Assembly (NCBI GenBank): GCA_965644315.1
Contig: CBFFRQ010000018.1
Location: 558,001-622,000 of the forward strand
Direction: 5' to 3'
DNA: 64,000 bases
From: Caecitellus pseudoparvulus
Lineage: Eukaryota; Protista; Bigyra: Bicosoecida
Below the pieces are notes generated by a model. The model had not been told where the DNA came from. It was given only the letters and a program-made list of their open reading frames with translations, and did no database searches. How positions within the stretch are numbered: the stretch's first letter is position 1; each line of letters begins with the position of its first letter. The translations under genes and the position numbers were made by a program. This document shows, piece after piece, positions 32,648 through 43,650 of the stretch.

Positions 32648-34474
32648 CTAGGGTCTCTCTTCATCCTCCGGAATCGGCAAGGGACTGAAAGGGGTGCTGG
32701 TTGGGGAGGATACTTGGGGGGACAAGCGTTGGTGTTGAGCAGCGGCGCGCACAGTTCCAAAGGCAGATGGGGCTCCCTCACTCGCACCAACCCCACCCAC
32801 CGAGGGCTGGCTGGACAGACCCGAGTTGAAGGAGCCTTTGCTGCTTAGGCTCCCTGCCCTTGAGAGTTTGTCACTCGTGTGGCTGAGCCTGCGTGGCATG
32901 TCCCCGCTGCCGCCATGTCCGTGCAAGGTGCTGCACTGCACGGCAGTCGGAGCCACGAGGTGGCCAGAAGCACCGCTCCACACCGACGCTGTCGCAGATG
33001 GGGAGGCAGTGATAGAAGATCGCTGGGTGTGGGCCGTGGTCCCCCCCCCAGACGCAGCTGAGGGGCCTGAGGGGTACAGGCCTGAGTGCGAGCTGGACTC
33101 TCGCACAGCAGACTGGTGCCCAAAGGCAGGCGGACGAAGCTCTGGGTCCCACGAAGGGTCAATGAACCACTGGTGCTGCAGGACCTGCCCCATGCTCCAG
33201 CGCTCGCGTGGGTTCACGCGGAGGCACCGCAGCAACAGGTGGCGCAGGGAGGGTGGGAAGGAAGCAGGCCAGCTCCACGTCGAGGAATCGGGGCTGCTCG
33301 CCGCCCACGCCACATCGTGTTCCCAGACAGTGGAAGTCGCCCCAAGGAAGGCCAGCTGGGGCTTTGCTTGCAGGGTGTGGCCCTGCTGTTGCACTACAAA
33401 GGAGCGGAACTCGGGGTTGCTCACGCTGGCCGTGGGGAAGGGGAGGTGGCCAGCCACCATGAGGAACAGCGTCACACCGAAGGACCAGGTGTCCGCCTTG
33501 GTCGCGTCGTACCCCTCACGCCTGGCTTGCTCGGTTGCATCGGCGTCCGGCCACAGCGCCGCGACGGTCTCAGCAGGCATCTTCTTCAGGTTTGACAGGA
33601 AGGTCACCTCAGGAGCAGCGTACAGCGTCGAGCCGTGAGCAGTAAGTCCCTTCGGGACACCAGGACTGCCACTGCTGATCAATGCGGAGCCGAAGTCTGC
33701 GATCTTCACGAGGTACCCGTGCAGCGCGGAGGATGGTGAGGAGGCAAGTTTGCTCAGTGTCCTGCGCTCCGAAGCGTGGTGCGCACCAGACTTGAGCACG
33801 GCAGCACTCCCACATGTATCTGAATCAGCAGAGTACGAGAACAACAGGACATTCTCCGGCTTCACTGTGCAGCAGGAGAAGCAGTGGGCTGAGAGTGGAG
33901 GCTCCAGAAGTCCCAACACGCCAGGCATCCTGTTACGCACCGTCTCTGTGAGCTACCCCGAGCACTGTGTGGCAAAAGTTCAAAGCATGGGCCAACTGCA
34001 GCATCCACTCTCTGCAGAACGCCCAGTCGCCGCACCTGTGCGTTGTGGGTGCGCAGCATGCCGGTGGCAACTCGTTGGCCACACGTCGCCAGCGACCCGC
34101 AGCGTTACAGGCACGCACCTGTTCAGCGGCATGAGCGAGAGGAAGTCATGCAAGTCCATCAGGCCAAGTTCATAGTACAACAGCTCATCGTTCGTCCGTG
34201 TCGTCTGCCGTTGCAGCAGCTGCAGGATGTGGGCGTGGTGCTCCGGGAGCGTGCCCAGAGCTCCAGCCTGCGGCGTGGGCGGAGCAGTGCGCGGCTGGTA
34301 AGTGTGCCCCTCGAGACCAGAGGCACTCACCACGCCCAACTCTGCATGGGACACGCGGATTCGCTTCGCTGGTATCTTCTTGCACGCCAGAGCCATGTCT
34401 TGGGCTTGCACGATGGAAACACTGCCCTGCCCCCCCGAAGCCAGGGGAACAGGCGCGGCTTCTTGCCCAGCCAT
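32648..34474 (-). CDS. Ser/Thr protein kinase (CAMK-like), multi-exon; start uncertain
   Basis: ASGGQGSV G-loop, ACKK, AHRD|VKPEN, KIADFG, GSTLYAAPE, ADTWSFGV, PRERWSM..VLQHQWF; Ser-rich tail. Confidence 0.9.
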
Positions 34475-34946
34475 CGCTCAGTGCCTCAGCACGAGAAGCA
34501 CGTGATTGGCACCCCCAAGTCCGAGATATTACACGGGCGCATGTATGTGCTCAAGGGGGCAGGCAGGAGCGCCCTCACTCTCGTCTTCCGTGGGTGATGC
34601 TGGGCGCACGCTGTTGCCCCGCTCACAGCGGCCTAGTGGTAGTAGACGTGCCCACGGCGGGCCTGGTTCTGCGAGCGCAGAATGGATTGGAAAATGTTCA
34701 AAGCTTGCAACGGTTCGCCACGATGCCTGCATGGGAAGCGCCGGCCTCGTCCAAAGTGCACGATTTACGCCGGCGAGGTTTCTGCCAAGCTCGGCTCAGG
34801 CGGGCTGGCCTCGTGGACACCTTCGCATCACCAATCGAAGCGCCCGGCATCAAGCTGCTGCGTTGGCTTGGATGAGCACAGCCACGCACCACCCCCCATC
34901 CCCACCTCCATGGCACACTTGAACAGCCTCGGCAACTCTGTGCAGC

Positions 34947-37900
34947 TCAAGGCATCCTGCCTGCGCCCACCTTGCGCCCTGTGCGACGTCTCTTCGTGGG
35001 CTTCGGCTCCTTGACTCGGCACACTTCCACTTGCACCCCTGCCTCTGCTAGAATGCTAAGCCACGCACGTTGGGTATCAGACAGCACATCCCTGGGCCCC
35101 TTTACTTCGGAGAGCCGCACCTCGACGAGAATCTCAGACAGGTGGCTTGGAAGCAGCTCCCACAGGCAAGGCGGCGCAGAGAGCGGGACATCGCTCGGCC
35201 AGCGCAGCTCATCGCGGTGCGCCTGCCCTCCCCCAGGCCCTGCGTGCCGCAGCAGCCGAGCTGCTTCGGGTAGGGGCCGTCTGCAATTCGGAAGGCCCCC
35301 CTCCCCATGGCTCTCCTGCTGGGCTACCTCCACGCCGGGCGAGTCAAGCGGCACTAACACCCGCCACAATAGCAAGTCCGGGAGACCCCCGGACAAATGA
35401 GCACTATCAAGTGCAAGTGCTGCAAGGATACGAGCGAGGGCTGGTCCACCGAGCCCTACAGCCACCACCTGTAGGAAAGCAAGGGGGTAGGTGTCCCAGG
35501 CGACGCCTCGGATCGCCTGCCCGTAGTGCTTGCAATAGACTTGAGCGAGCAGGACCATGAGGTCCCAAGCGGAGCTCGATGCTATTCGCTGCAAGGCAGC
35601 ATCAAGCTCATGCTTCCTTCGCTCATAGAACAGCCCTGTCGTGCGAAGATCCAATGGCGCGTCCTGGTAGGGAGTGACGAACACGTCCGGCACCGGGTCA
35701 TGCCCTGTATCGCTGCGGGCCGCTGCCAGGCCAAACATGGGTTGCAGGAGAAGCAGCCCAAACAGTGCTCGCAAAGGACCACCTTCGCAATGCAGCCCCA
35801 CCCACGCGCCACTTTGGGCATACTCTTGCAGGCACAGTTGTTCGACAGACACGCCGATGCTCGCTCCGGCTGAGAATGCCTCGTGCCATTCAGCGTACGT
35901 TTGAGGGGAGCTGGGCGATGAAGTTGGCAGGCTCGCCATAGCTGTGGCATGTGGTGGTGGGGGCTCCGGAAGGCAACGCGGGAGCCAGTTCTCCGGAGAG
36001 CGGGGTGCGTGGTCGCATGCCTGGCTACCACCCGAGCGCGTCGCTCCCCCGCCGCGTGCTGTCGCACTGCGTGCTGCAAGGCGCGCAACGGCCGACGCGG
36101 CATCTTGCTGAGCCAAAAAAGGCCACTCTCTGAACAGGGCATGCTTCTCTGCCGGTGTATCGGCACCGAGCAGAGCATGTTGCGGCACGTCACGTTGCCA
36201 TGCAGCGTGTGATGCTTGTAGGGCAAACAGGAGAGGGGCGGATGCACTGCACCACAACCGCTGTGCACCGGTCGGTGTGTGTGGAAAAACAATTGCTGCA
36301 TCTGCGGCTGCTAGCACTCCTATTGGCCTGGTGAGGTCCAGTCCAAGCGTGCAGCACAGCTTGAGCCATGGTCTGGAAGCGTGTGGAAGGGACGTGGGCG
36401 GTGCAGGAAGGGGTGGAGTAGAGCATGCCGCGAGGTGCTCTCCATTCGCAATGTCCTTCCCGAGAAATCGGGAACTTTCCCCGACTACGCGGTTCAGTGG
36501 GCGGTGCTCCAGGAATACTTCAGGGGTGGTGGCCGGGGGCCCTGCGGAGGAGGTGGGTGCCCTCGCGCCGCTCTTCCACGGGCTGAACGCGTCGCTGGCA
36601 AGTGGCATGACATGAAGCAAATCGCATATGTTTTGAGGCAGAGAAGAAATGCACGTTTCAGGGGCTTCCTGACCAGGGGGCTGCCCTGGGAAGCAGCTCT
36701 TCTGTCGAGCCCAGCGCCTCTGCAGGTAGAGCCGCTCTCCACCCTGCACTTTTGGGTCACACAAGCCCTCCCAAGTTGCCATGGCCGAGGCGATTGCCAG
36801 ATTCATATGCGCCAGATTGATGGTCAGCCGCTGCCACAGCCGTCCTCTTCTCCTCGCCGGTGCCCCGATGTGAAGCAGCTGGCGAAGCAAAGGAACTGTG
36901 GCACCATGAAGCTGTTGGCGCTGGAGTTGTTCAACTGCAGCCCACAATTGACTCGCCAGTCTGCTCTCAGCGGAAAGTTTCCTCAAGTGGGCAGGGCATC
37001 TCTTATGAACAGTGCTTACACCATGCCCTGCACCTGAAGCCTCTGCCGCGGTGCGCTCCACCGCCGCTCGGTACGTTGGGGAGCGCTTCCACTGCATCAG
37101 CAGGTGAATGCAGAGACTGAGGCGCAAGCACAGAAGGTACACCGGAACACGCTGGGCCACATGCAAGGCCTTGTCCATGATTTCTAGCTCTGCCTGGGAC
37201 AGGACTTCTGCCGGGCCCCCATTCCACCCCTGCATCTGGGCTCCAAAAGCGACGTCCACAGCCACGAGGAGCATGGAGAGCCCAGCGGCGTGGGCCGGCG
37301 TCGGCCACGCAAACAGCAAGCTTGCAAGCTCAACGCACTGGTGGTCTGAAGCAGTGTCGGGGGAGCAAGCCATGCACAGCAGCCGAGCTAACGGTGCCCC
37401 CCAAACTGTGCAGCATGCCGTGTCCGCCGTCTCCCACGATGCCTTGCAAGGCAGGCTTCCTCCCAGCGCACCTGCATCGGCACTGTCACTGTCACTGTCG
37501 CTGATCAACACAACAACGTCACCTTCTTCAGTTCGGATTGTCGAAGCGGGCGGCTGCAAGTTCTGGAAGTGCACATCTTGCGTTTGCAAGAAGGCGCAGG
37601 CCGGGTCACTCCACAGTCCCTGCGCCTCTGACAGGATGCGCCACTCCTCAGGGGTGGTGCACACCGGTTGGGACCGCAGACACGTGTACGGAACAAAGTC
37701 AACCTTGTGGTACAAATGCATCATGCCTGGCGGTGTCCCGCTTTGACCCGGCTGCACAGAATCGAGCCCAGACAGGGAGGCAAGGAGGTAGTGCGGGGAA
37801 GGGCTTGGTGCAGGGCGTCCTTGGGCATGGGCTGTGCCGACAGAAGCACATGCCGAGGAATGCGATGTTTGCACAGCCCTGGGCATGATGCGTTCCGCCA

Positions 37901-39461
37901 AGCTCGCGCAAGGCGCCTGCGCAGCTGCACCATTGCCCAGCACGGAGCTGAGCGCCGGGAGAAGCACGACAGCCTGCGCATGGGCTTGTGGCGGAGGCGC
38001 CTTGCTCGACCAATCGTTTTGAGACTGGGAAAATGGGCCACTGCATGTGACAAAGTACTGCAACTGGCTGATCTTGGCGAGCAGGGCCCGCGTAGTAGGA
38101 GCGAGCTGAAGGGCCACGGGAAGGTCGACGCCAGACACGTGCAGCTCCTGCAGCTGTGGAGCATGTAGCCTGTGCAATACACCATGAAGAAGGCGCTCCA
38201 AGGGAAGAAAGCCCCCTGCCACGGTGCGCTGGCGCAGAACACTGTGCAGGACTCCTCGCAGTGCAGCAGGTTTGCCCGTTGCAGTGGCTGGCTTCTTTGC
38301 AGCTGCTCGAAGGTCGTCCAGCGCCTCGACTGTGAGAAAGTCAGGCACTGGTGCAGCATCCTCCGCAGCTGCAGATGAACCAGCTTGGCTGGTCTCCTCA
38401 TGAGCCCCGCCCACGTTCATGCTGCACCTGCCCGCGAGGAGTCGGGCTGCGGCAGCTCCTGCCCGGGTGGTGTGCTTGCCGGGCATGGACGGTGCTGGAG
38501 GGGCGACTGTTGCAGCCCGCGGCGCGCAGCGCAGCTCGGAAGCTACGCCCTGGAGAATCTGACTGGAGGCAGCTGTCGCAAGAAAGTGCAGCGCACGCAG
38601 CAGGGAGGGTGGCAGGGCGGGAAACGCTGCCTGCAGGTATGACTCGACACGGGCGTCCTTCTTGGCGTGTGTGCGGCGGCTGGGCAGCGGCAGCAAGGCT
38701 CCGCAGGACACTAACTGCTGAATGCTTTGCACAAGGGCCTCAGTTCCTTGTGCGTCATCTGAGCCTTTGTACCGCTTGAACACGTCAAGGGCCGTGAACC
38801 AAGAGGACTTCCTGCCGGCGAGACGGGCCAGCAAGCCTACTGCTCGCGGGGGTAGCTCGCGAAGCCTTGTGAGAAGGGCACGTTCATCGGAAGAGGAAAC
38901 ACATCGAAAGTCTAACGAAGTGTCAGCGCAGTCAAGCAGGTGCTGCAAGTGGTGCTGTGCGAGACTGCCAGGGGCCAGCGCTCGAGCGAGCAGCTCCAAA
39001 GCTGGTGGGTTCGCCAATGGTATGCGGGCCTCTCCAGACTGAAGGTCATAAAATTGAAGGTGAGGAAGAGGGCTCAGCAGCGAGGGCCCTGCTGCGCTGC
39101 CAAAGCTCGCCTGGGACTCGGGCTCCCCATCCTCGGCCTGGAGGGAGCTGTCGCTCAAATCCTCCACAACCGCCGCGCGAGCAGGTCTGCTGGCTGGCCT
39201 CGGGAGTGCTTGAGCGGCCTTGAAGGAAGAGCTCACCGGCCTTGGTAACTCAACACCAAAGCGAGCCTCTGTGTTGTCTCTCTTGTAGAACCATTTCATT
39301 AGGTGTGGAGACACTTGTGCGGTATTTGCTCCATCGTCGACACCACCTTGCCCTCCGCCAGCCCCACAAGCAGCCGCAGCCTCACCATGGCGAGGCTGTG
39401 CCATTGGCGTCGGTTGACTAGCTACCCGTACAGGACCTCGGGCCCCCCTTGGGGAGGCCAT
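34947..39461 (-). CDS. FAN1: Fanconi-associated nuclease 1 (VRR-NUC)
   Basis: RRRGRLWQRLTINLAH, VEQLCLQEY..W.GLHCEG, PDVFVTPYQDAPLDL, GGLPDLLLW, EVKGPRDVLSDTQRAWL (PD-(D/E)xK). Confidence 0.94.
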   Translation of the reverse strand: MASPRGARGPVRVASQPTPMAQPRHGEAAAACGAGGGQGGVDDGANTAQVSPHLMKWFYKRDNTEARFGVELPRPVSSSFKAAQALPRPASRPARAAVVEDLSDSSLQAEDGEPESQASFGSAAGPSLLSPLPHLQFYDLQSGEARIPLANPPALELLARALAPGSLAQHHLQHLLDCADTSLDFRCVSSSDERALLTRLRELPPRAVGLLARLAGRKSSWFTALDVFKRYKGSDDAQGTEALVQSIQQLVSCGALLPLPSRRTHAKKDARVESYLQAAFPALPPSLLRALHFLATAASSQILQGVASELRCAPRAATVAPPAPSMPGKHTTRAGAAAARLLAGRCSMNVGGAHEETSQAGSSAAAEDAAPVPDFLTVEALDDLRAAAKKPATATGKPAALRGVLHSVLRQRTVAGGFLPLERLLHGVLHRLHAPQLQELHVSGVDLPVALQLAPTTRALLAKISQLQYFVTCSGPFSQSQNDWSSKAPPPQAHAQAVVLLPALSSVLGNGAAAQAPCASLAERIMPRAVQTSHSSACASVGTAHAQGRPAPSPSPHYLLASLSGLDSVQPGQSGTPPGMMHLYHKVDFVPYTCLRSQPVCTTPEEWRILSEAQGLWSDPACAFLQTQDVHFQNLQPPASTIRTEEGDVVVLISDSDSDSADAGALGGSLPCKASWETADTACCTVWGAPLARLLCMACSPDTASDHQCVELASLLFAWPTPAHAAGLSMLLVAVDVAFGAQMQGWNGGPAEVLSQAELEIMDKALHVAQRVPVYLLCLRLSLCIHLLMQWKRSPTYRAAVERTAAEASGAGHGVSTVHKRCPAHLRKLSAESRLASQLWAAVEQLQRQQLHGATVPLLRQLLHIGAPARRRGRLWQRLTINLAHMNLAIASAMATWEGLCDPKVQGGERLYLQRRWARQKSCFPGQPPGQEAPETCISSLPQNICDLLHVMPLASDAFSPWKSGARAPTSSAGPPATTPEVFLEHRPLNRVVGESSRFLGKDIANGEHLAACSTPPLPAPPTSLPHASRPWLKLCCTLGLDLTRPIGVLAAADAAIVFPHTPTGAQRLWCSASAPLLFALQASHAAWQRDVPQHALLGADTPAEKHALFREWPFLAQQDAASAVARLAARSATARGGGATRSGGSQACDHAPRSPENWLPRCLPEPPPPHATAMASLPTSSPSSPQTYAEWHEAFSAGASIGVSVEQLCLQEYAQSGAWVGLHCEGGPLRALFGLLLLQPMFGLAAARSDTGHDPVPDVFVTPYQDAPLDLRTTGLFYERRKHELDAALQRIASSSAWDLMVLLAQVYCKHYGQAIRGVAWDTYPLAFLQVVAVGLGGPALARILAALALDSAHLSGGLPDLLLWRVLVPLDSPGVEVAQQESHGEGGLPNCRRPLPEAARLLRHAGPGGGQAHRDELRWPSDVPLSAPPCLWELLPSHLSEILVEVRLSEVKGPRDVLSDTQRAWLSILAEAGVQVEVCRVKEPKPTKRRRTGRKVGAGRMP

Positions 39462-39692
39462 ATGAGCGGGGAAGCCGAATCGCAGAGGCGTGTGCCTTCA
39501 CCTTGCTGGCCCGAGCACATTGGATAAACGTGGGCAAGTGATTGCGCCTGCTGTTGCACACAAGGACACACCTTTCGCAGCGGGCAAGCAGGAGGCACAA
39601 GATTGGCAAGTGGCCAGTCATATCGCGTTTCTCGCACATTTGCATTTGCAGCCTCTAACCCGCAGTCGGCAGGGCACTCTGACTACGGCCGC

Positions 39693-40475
39693 TCACTGTG
39701 CCCCCTTCTTCGAGGCGGCTGGAGACTTGAAGGCAACTTTGGTCATCTTGCGCCAGTGTATGGCTACCTCGATATCCCGTCTTGTCACTGTTGAGAAATC
39801 GAGGCTCTTGATCCACGGGACAGTAGCGATGATGAAGTTGCGGTAGTTGGGCTTCTCGCGAACGCCCGTCCCATGCAAAGACAAATGTGTGAGCTGTGGG
39901 GGTGTGTGTGTATGTTCATGTGAGACTCTTTGGAGCCGCAGCAGTAGGCAGCTCCACGCACCGAGGGGCAGTCCACCTGCAGGTGCAGCACTTCGGCGAA
40001 GGAATTCAGCTCCTTGTTTCCGTGCAAGTACAGTCTTTTCAGGCTGGGGAAGGCGTCAAAGGCTCCCTCGATTGTGGAGATCTTGTTGAAGGACAGGTCC
40101 AGTGTCGTGACCTTGCTCAGGTCACAGATCTCGCTCAGCACCGTATCCAGGCAGCTCACATCCTCCAGCCCATTGTTATGCAGCTTGACGATGAAGGGCG
40201 TCGCCTTGGGGTGCTCACTGTCATCTCCCATCAACAGCCCGCACACTTCTTCCCGGTATTTGGTCACGATTTCTGCATGTTTTTCAAGTGGCGTGGTGTC
40301 AACTTCCGCAACGTGCGCGACCTTGCCGTTTTACCGCACCTGGCTTCTCTGTGATCTCCATGAAACTGAGGTCGAGGGTGGTCTGGGCAGCGGATTTGGC
40401 GAGCACGCTCCGACTTGAAGCTTGCTCAGCCCCAGCTCCACCTGTTGCTGCTGCGGCCGCCCCAGTGCCGCTCAT
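39693..40475 (-). CDS. LRRC51: Leucine-rich repeat protein 51
   Basis: TLDLSFMEI, KLHNNGL, LDLSFNKI, LYLHGN, LSLHGTGVREKPNYRNFII..KSLDFSTVTRRD...W. This matches the LRRC51 architecture; 2 introns. Confidence 0.85.
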
Positions 40476-40919
40476 GCTTGACGCCGGATGTCCACCGATG
40501 AGGCGACTTCACGATGAAGCAAACTGGCAACGGCAAAGCCCTGCGGGACATTGTGTCTACAAGCAGTCACGCCAATGTGGGGTTTGTTTTCGTGGGGTGT
40601 GGTTTGCCGCAGCGAATGGACTGCTTCCACACGTTGCAGGCGACTGCCCCGAAGTGGTACTTTCCCGCTACCACACCACAATTCTCCAGACTCACAGCTT
40701 CTCCTAAGAAACACAGGATTTGCGAGTGTGCATCACAGCGCATTATTGTCTGGGCGGTCCGGTGTGCGTGTCCTGCTTCCAGCTGGAAGCGGTGTCGTCA
40801 TCGACGGCCACCACGCCCAAGTCTGCCAGTGCATCCCCCAGTGCTGATTCACGGGCAGGGTCCAGGAGGAGCCGTCTGTTTCTGTCAGCACGGCGTTGTA
40901 GTCGTTAACGTGTCTCATC

Positions 40920-43420
40920 ATGTCAGGGTCCTCGTGCGTGGCGCTGGTGTGGACGTGCCTTGGCGTTTCACACCTGAGCGAAAGAAACTCCCTGCGCAGA
41001 GCGGCTGCCCTGAGCGAATTTCGGCAAGCAGTGAGGGAGGAGTTTGAAAGACTCGTTGAGAGTGGAATGGAAGCCAACTCCGCCGCCTCGGCTGCTCTCA
41101 CGACGGTCAGCATGAGGCGAAGCATGGCTCAAACACCTGGTGAGCTTGCGCAGGTGCGCTGCGCGGCGTGCCGATTCGCTCTTCACACCTCACCACTCTA
41201 CTCTCAGCACCAAGCACACCAGTAGCAAGTGCCTTGATCCGTGCAATTAGTGGTGGGAGTGCTGCTCTGCCCACCCCGGTTCTTGCAGAGGCAGCAGCCG
41301 TGTCAGGATCTGCAGCAGAGTCTGGTGCTGGCGCGGCTGCTCCGCCACCAACTGCTTCTACCAGGCCCGCAGAGGCCCCCGCGAGGTCAGACGCGGCGAC
41401 TTTCCCCTTGACAAGTGAAAGGCATCTGCAGTACACTGGGCAGCGGGTTTCTACTGGCGAGATGCAGGCGCTCTTCGAGAAGGCCGCTGCTGAGGAGAAG
41501 TGGGGCCCCTTCGTGAGCATGCTCGGGGAGGTGTTCGGGAACGCTTTGCCGCAAGTCAACTCTTTTTTGACAAAGCCCGACCAGCAGCCTTCTCTGGAGC
41601 ACAGTGGCATCGACGTTGCTGGTCTGGAGGCGCTGTACGCGACAATGGCGGGGGCGCCAGTGGAGGGCGTCAGCGCTGCGCTGCTGGGTGCGCAGGAGCA
41701 TTTGTGGCGCCACGTGCCTTCCTTGCCACCGTACACGCTCGCTGCAGGCGTCGGCTTGCGAATCTTCATGGTTACAGCTCTGAACCCCGGCACCATTGAC
41801 CCGGACTACCATGAGCATGTGATGGTGCCCATGTGGAAGGAGTTCGCGGCGCTGCCCGCGGAAGCCTGTGAACTTCTCAGTCAGTGGCTGTCACACGTGT
41901 CGCCAGCTGCTATGCAGAACATGGTGGACAGCGTGCAGCAGTTCATCACGGTGAAGATCATTGGCGGCCAGGCAAACATCCACAACATGCCGCCCCCCGT
42001 GCAGTGGATGGCAATGCTGAAAGAGGCAAACGAACTGGCTCGCAAGCGGTTTGAGGGCGGCGGCGCGCCGGTGGAAGGGGCAGCCCCAGACGGTCGGTTG
42101 GTGCCTTACACAGCCTTCTACAATGACGTGGTGTGCAACCAGATCTCCTTGCAGAAGGAGTTCGAGCGCTGGATGCAGGACCGCCTCGACCACGGCCGTT
42201 CGCGCAGGGCTTGGGCTGGTCACAGCACGGGCGTGTTCAGCTTCGTCGCGTACCCATTCATCCTGGATGCCAACGCAAAGGCAACCATTCTGGAGCTGGA
42301 CTCAAGGTTCACCCAGCGGCGTATGGCCAGGCAGGGGCTCTGGACCTCACCTGGCCTGTCTCCGTTCTTCGAGGTGCAAGTACGCCGAGACGCACTTGGG
42401 GAGGATGCCATGAATGCCATCGTCAAGGTGCAGGACAAGGATACACTGAAGAAGCCGCTGCGGGTGAAGTTTTTCGGGGAAGAAGGCGTCGACGAAGGCG
42501 GTGTGCGGAAGGAGTTCTTCCAGCTGGCGGTGTCGCAGCTCTTCTCGCCCGACTTCGGCATGTTCAAGGAGGAGACTGAGAGCCACCGGCTCTGGTTCAA
42601 CGGCGACGCGTTTGAAGCGAACATACAGTTTGAGCTCTTAGGGTCTTTGGTGGGGCTTGCCATCTACAACAACGTCATCTTGAATGTCGCATTCCCCCTC
42701 TGCGTGTACCGCAAGCTGCTCGAGCAGCCCATGCGCCTGGGCGACCTCTTGGAACTCAAGCCTGCCCTGGCCAAGGGTCTGCAGCAACTGCTGGACTACG
42801 AGGGCGGGGACGACGAAGACATCTTCGCCCTGACGTGGACAGCAGCAGTGGACTCCTGGGGGGCGACGAAAGTCGTGCCTCTCGTGGAGGGTGGGGAGGC
42901 GCTGCCAGTGACGGCAGAGAACAAAGCTGCTTACGTGGACGCATACGTGACCTTTATCTTGGACACGCACGTCGAGAAGCAGTTCAAGGCATTCAAGCGA
43001 GGATTCATGAACGTGGCTAGCGGCCCTGCGCTGGACTTGTTCACTCCCGAAGAGCTGAAGCTGCTGGTGAACGGGGCGGAGACTTTGAACTTCGCCGACC
43101 TGGAGGCTGGAGCGCAGTACGAAGAGCCGTACAGCAAGGAGCACCCGACCATTATTGCCTTCTGGGAGGCAGTGCACGAGCTGAATGACAGCGACAAGCG
43201 CTCACTGCTCAAGTTTGCGACGGGCTCAGATCGCTCCCCAATCAAGGGCTTGCAAGACCTGAAGCTGACGCTGTCTCGTGGCGGGCCTGACAGCGAGCTG
43301 CTGCCGACATCACACACGTGCTTCAACCACATGCTGATACCAGAGTACTCCTCGGCCCAGAAGCTGAAGGACAAGCTTGCCATTGCCATTCGCGAGGCAG
43401 AGGGCTTCGGGCTGCTGTAG
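40920..43420 (+). CDS. HECT-domain E3 ubiquitin ligase (HERC/UBE3A/HECTD2-like)
   Basis: YPFILD..K, VRRD, KKPLRVKFFGEEGVDEGGVRKEFFQL, catalytic LPTSHTCFN and terminal EGFGLL. Intron 41140-41207 links an upstream exon; start uncertain. Confidence 0.95.
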
Positions 43421-43650
43421 CGCGACGAGGGGCAGGCACGCTTCTCCCCGGGGCACTTCGGGGCACACGGCTGCTGTGCACACGAGCAATGCACGCTGAA
43501 TACAAATCACATACCACCAAATCAGCGTGAGCTCCCCGTGGCAGGCAGAGGCGCGATAGCGGGGGCCAACGACGCTGTGGCCTGGTGTGTCCTTCGGCGA
43601 GGTTCAACGCTCGAGCCAGTCGTCGGGCAGTCTGCTTGCGAAGCTCCGGC

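Noticed and set aside
13188-39461. PMS2-FAN1 functional clustering
   Set aside because: The genes are ~18 kb apart with seven unrelated genes between them; chance is sufficient.
40733-41125. 130-aa minus-strand ORF
   Set aside because: Antisense to the probable first exon of the HECT gene, with no recognisable motif.
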